Source: an uncultured Solirubrobacteraceae bacterium (GTDB taxonomy: Bacteria > Actinomycetota > Thermoleophilia > Solirubrobacterales > Solirubrobacteraceae). From it: a DNA stretch of 64,000 nt. Below are positions 61,070-64,000 of this stretch, one piece after another; position 1 is the first letter of the stretch, and each line of letters starts with the position of its first letter. The notes beneath the pieces were generated by a model, which saw only the letters and a program-made list of their open reading frames with translations, was not told the DNA's origin and made no database searches. The translations under genes and the position numbers were made by a program. The stretch spans positions 200,270-264,269 of the forward strand of contig CAWCOB010000001.1 of the NCBI GenBank assembly GCA_963797105.1, given 5' to 3'.

Positions 61070-61341
61070 TCGCCCTGCTACCGGTCGTCATGGTGGTGAT
61101 GCTGATCGTGACCTACTGGCACCTCGTCGTTGCGGGCTTGGTGCTCTACGCCCTGTGGCGCTGGGGTATCACGCCCTACAGGGAGGCGCGGGCCAGGCAG
61201 GTCCGTGAGCGGCTGCGCCACGCCCGAGCCCGCCAAGAAATCGATGACATCGCCTTGGCGACGGCGCGGGCGATGTACGAAGCCGCAGCCACAGCGCCCG
61301 GTGAGGTCATCGAGGGCACGGCGATCGAGGTGAGGCGATGA
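61066..61341 (+). CDS. Small membrane protein
   Basis: GTGA overlap; hydrophobic N-terminus. Confidence 0.7.
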   Translation: MIALLPVVMVVMLIVTYWHLVVAGLVLYALWRWGITPYREARARQVRERLRHARARQEIDDIALATARAMYEAAATAPGEVIEGTAIEVRR

Positions 61342-61523
61342 CCGAGCGCGAGCGACAGTCGGTGGTGGAGCAAAACGCTCGCTTGCGGACGGCGCTAAAT
61401 GCGGCTCGCCTGGAGAACGAGGGCTTGCGCGAAGCGAACACCAATCTCCGCGTCGAGCGCGACGCCGCCGACGTGTTGCTGGGTGAGGCGATGGATTGTC
61501 TCCTGAGCGGGAGCGGACGGTGA
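61338..61523 (+). CDS. Small coiled-coil protein
   Basis: GAGGTGA RBS, ATGA overlap, heptad pattern. Confidence 0.65.
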   Translation: MTERERQSVVEQNARLRTALNAARLENEGLREANTNLRVERDAADVLLGEAMDCLLSGSGR

Positions 61524-61690
61524 ACAGGCTCGCTCAGTGCTTGCTACTCGCGTTCGTGGGGCTGGTGGTGCTTGCCGCCGCCGGCCCCACCCTCACCAAG
61601 CTCGCCGGTGCGCTCGTGCCGCTGGTGCTAGTTGTCGGCGTTGTCGTGGCGGGGCTGCGGCTGGTGTGGTGTTACTCCCGGCGCTGGTGA
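61520..61690 (+). CDS. Small 2-TM protein (56 aa)
   Basis: GTGA overlap; two hydrophobic helices ending YSRRW. Confidence 0.65.
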   Translation: MNRLAQCLLLAFVGLVVLAAAGPTLTKLAGALVPLVLVVGVVVAGLRLVWCYSRRW

Positions 61691-61695
61691 TGGTT

Positions 61696-61722
61696 TTAGC
61701 ACTCCGCTGTGCAGACTGCCAA
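61696..61722. promoter_or_regulatory. CIRCE-like operator
   Basis: TTAGCACTC-N9-GACTGCCAA vs consensus TTAGCACTC-N9-GAGTGCTAA (16/18). Confidence 0.65.
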
Positions 61723-61850
61723 TTAGTCACTGATTCATTTCGCTTGAAACTAGACGGGTGAACAAAGACCGAACATGGAGGTGCACGGGATACTGGAACT
61801 ACGCAATCAAGGAGGGACAAATCATGTAACAGAAAGGAGGTGCATTACCT

Positions 61851-62012
61851 ATGCCGCAGAGTAGACGCATCAAAGTAAGAGGTGTAAGGCGAGACGAGAT
61901 TAATACCGAGCAGCTCGCCCTTATTTATTGGCTCCAGGCAAAGCGGGTCTTGCGCGAACGCCGGGAACGCGAGGCCAAGGCCCGAGCCAAGCAGCGGAGG
62001 CAGCAGCCGTGA
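61851..62012 (+). CDS. 53-aa basic protein (not in the ORF track)
   Basis: AGAAAGGAGGT RBS; MPQSRRIKVRGVRRDEINTEQLALIYWLQAKR...; GTGA overlap with the next gene. Confidence 0.75.
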   Translation: MPQSRRIKVRGVRRDEINTEQLALIYWLQAKRVLRERREREAKARAKQRRQQP

Positions 62013-64000
62013 ACGCCGACATCATCCCCGCGCTGGCGGCAACCGGCGGCGGCTCAGTGCTCCTATCGAGCATTTTGGCCGTGGAGGCACGCCAGACGCG
62101 AGCCATGCGCGAGTCGCGCGTCAGGCTGGCTTTGCGGTTCCCGCTCTCGCTTGAGCCACTGCGCGCCTTTGCCGCCCTGGACGGCCTGTCGGGCCTGCCA
62201 TATACCCAGGAGCTGGTCGCCGAGGTCACGGCCAGCGAGGGCCACATCGGTCACTGCCTGCTGGTCCCGGCGGCGGTTCGCGCTTCGGCTGAGTCGATCC
62301 TGACCGGCGTCATCGGGAGCCTGCGCATCACCGAGGCCGAGCTGTCGCCAGACGAACCGGTGACGTTGGCGCTGCGCTTGTTCGTGCCGACCCCGAGTCT
62401 GCTCGCGGGCGATGGTGCCATCGAGGCATCGCGGGCGCTGCTCACCGGACTGGCGGGGCTGCGCTCGGGTGAGCAGGTCGTCGTCCGTTGGGCGCTGCGG
62501 CCGGGTAGCCCGCGCCCCTATGGCGAGAGCGATCCACAGTCCTCAAAGGCACGAGAGATCGATCAGGCGTGGCGGCGCAAGACAGCTACCCGCGGGTTCA
62601 ACGTCAGTGGCCTGGTGCTGGTCAGGGCCGCGCAGTTCGGTCGTGCCCGAGAGCTGGCCGGTCACTTCGAGAGCGTGCTCAGAAGCCGGCGAGGTCTGGC
62701 TGGAGCGGTCCGGGTGACGGCTGGCCGGGGCAATCGGCGTTTGTCGGCGCTGCCGCGCACGACCCGCACGAGCGGATGGCTCTCTAACGCTGAGCTGCTG
62801 CCGCTGCTGGGCTGGCCGCTGGGCCCGGAGATGACCCCGAACGTCGAGGTCGGCTCCCGCCAACTATTGGTCGCGCGCGAGATCCCCCGGTCCGGGCGAC
62901 GACTGTTCACCGGCCGCGATTCTCGCGGGGAGCGCCCGGTAGCACTCGACGCCACGGCGGCGCGGCACCACATGGCGGTCTGTGGCCCCAGTGGCGTCGG
63001 CAAGTCGGTGCTGCTGACCCGCAGCATCTTGGACGACATCGAACACGGCTACGCCGGGGCGGTGATCGACCCCAAGGCCGACCTGATCGACACCATCCTC
63101 GACCGCGTCCCGGCCAAGCACGCCGACCGCATCGCGGTGATCGACCCCGGCGACGATCGTCCGCTCCCCGGCGTGGCGCTGCTATCCGGTGGCGACCCCG
63201 ACACCCGCGCCGATGTCCTGACCGGCACCTTGAAGTCGATCTTCGCTGGCGCATGGGGCGTGCGCAGCGACTTCTACGGACGCCTCGCGATCCGCACCCT
63301 GAGCGAGGTGCCGGGCGCATCGCTGGCCGACATCGGCCGCCTGTTCTACGAGGACGGGTTCCGGCGGGCGGCTATCGCCCGGCTGCGTGACCCCTTCCTG
63401 ATCTCCTCATGGCAGAGCTATGAGTCGCTCTCGCCGGCCGCCCAGGCCGAGCACATCCAGGCACCGATGGCGCGGGTGATGACGTTGTTGTCGCGGCCTC
63501 GGGTGCGGGCGGTGTTGGCCAGTCCCGAACCGAAGCTCGACATCGCCCAGTTGTTCCGCGAACGCAAGTGGCTGCTCGTGAGCTTGGCTCCCGGCGCGAT
63601 CAGTGAGGCCGGCGCGGCGCTGGTTGGTGCCGCGTTGATGTATTCGATCTGGAGCGCGATCGAGGCACGGGTGCTGCTGGCTCCGGAGAAGCGTCATCCG
63701 ATCTTTCTCTATGTGGACGAGCTGGCGACCGTCACCAACGGCCTGCCGTTTGGGTTCGAGCTGCTGGCCGAGCGTGCCCGTGGCCTTGGCGCAGGGCTGA
63801 CTGTGGCGTTTCAGACGATCGGGCGCATCGCTGAGCCGACCCGCTCGGCGCTGCTCGGCAACGTCGCGACCTTCATCGCCTTCAGAGCGATCGTGGAGGC
63901 ATCGGCGGTCGCCCGCCAGCTCCCCGGCCTGAGCGAGGCCGACATCATGGCCCTGAAAAGGTTCGAGGTGGCCGCCCGGATCGGCACCGGAGCCGGTAGC
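62009..64000 (+). CDS. VirD4/TraD-like type IV coupling ATPase (3' truncated, not in the ORF track)
   Basis: Walker A GPSGVGKS, VIDPKAD, Walker B FLYVDE, RARGLG..LTVAFQ, LLGNV. Confidence 0.88.
   Translation, partial: MNADIIPALAATGGGSVLLSSILAVEARQTRAMRESRVRLALRFPLSLEPLRAFAALDGLSGLPYTQELVAEVTASEGHIGHCLLVPAAVRASAESILTGVIGSLRITEAELSPDEPVTLALRLFVPTPSLLAGDGAIEASRALLTGLAGLRSGEQVVVRWALRPGSPRPYGESDPQSSKAREIDQAWRRKTATRGFNVSGLVLVRAAQFGRARELAGHFESVLRSRRGLAGAVRVTAGRGNRRLSALPRTTRTSGWLSNAELLPLLGWPLGPEMTPNVEVGSRQLLVAREIPRSGRRLFTGRDSRGERPVALDATAARHHMAVCGPSGVGKSVLLTRSILDDIEHGYAGAVIDPKADLIDTILDRVPAKHADRIAVIDPGDDRPLPGVALLSGGDPDTRADVLTGTLKSIFAGAWGVRSDFYGRLAIRTLSEVPGASLADIGRLFYEDGFRRAAIARLRDPFLISSWQSYESLSPAAQAEHIQAPMARVMTLLSRPRVRAVLASPEPKLDIAQLFRERKWLLVSLAPGAISEAGAALVGAALMYSIWSAIEARVLLAPEKRHPIFLYVDELATVTNGLPFGFELLAERARGLGAGLTVAFQTIGRIAEPTRSALLGNVATFIAFRAIVEASAVARQLPGLSEADIMALKRFEVAARIGTGAGS

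Larger units (their letters stand above)
52033..64000. mobile_element. Integrative genomic island (continues beyond window)
   Basis: Visible drop in GC, defence genes, orphan regulators, VirD4-like ATPase; att-like motif at the left edge. Confidence 0.8.

Noticed and set aside
61721-61730. AATTAGTCAC matching part of the ArsR palindrome at 49972
   Set aside because: Only one arm matches; probably chance.
1-64000. CRISPR array, rRNA or complete tRNA genes
   Set aside because: None recognised by eye; not computationally excluded.

Overview
Very GC-rich DNA whose gene content resembles Thermoleophilia/Solirubrobacterales (inferred, not proven). Many single-base frameshifts, densest in the first ~9 kb, look like long-read indel errors. 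Bases 1-50.7 kb are chromosomal backbone: gyrA 3' end, CAP protein, HNH nuclease, pheA, a kinase-fhaA-fhaB-pstP-pbpA-pknB-ddl cluster with no rodA, uppP/dedA, a surface-glycan locus containing comA, two HD-GYP proteins, a CADD-like enzyme and assorted metabolic genes. From 50.76 kb there is an IS481-family element and then a visibly lower-GC integrative island running off the window. The island carries a type I CBASS (CdnE + Cap15), a Zn-finger orphan, an uncharacterised wHTH + PD-(D/E)xK-like + unknown + 4TM module, an alphaCTD-sigma4 fusion cassette, and a VirD4-like coupling-protein operon preceded by a CIRCE-like box. The best candidates for undescribed biology are the 54.9-57.1 kb module, a structured ~215-nt transcript at 1.7-1.9 kb with a 17-nt complement to the 16S rRNA 3' end, possible HrcA control of the transfer genes, and a 5-codon mini-ORF where rodA is expected.
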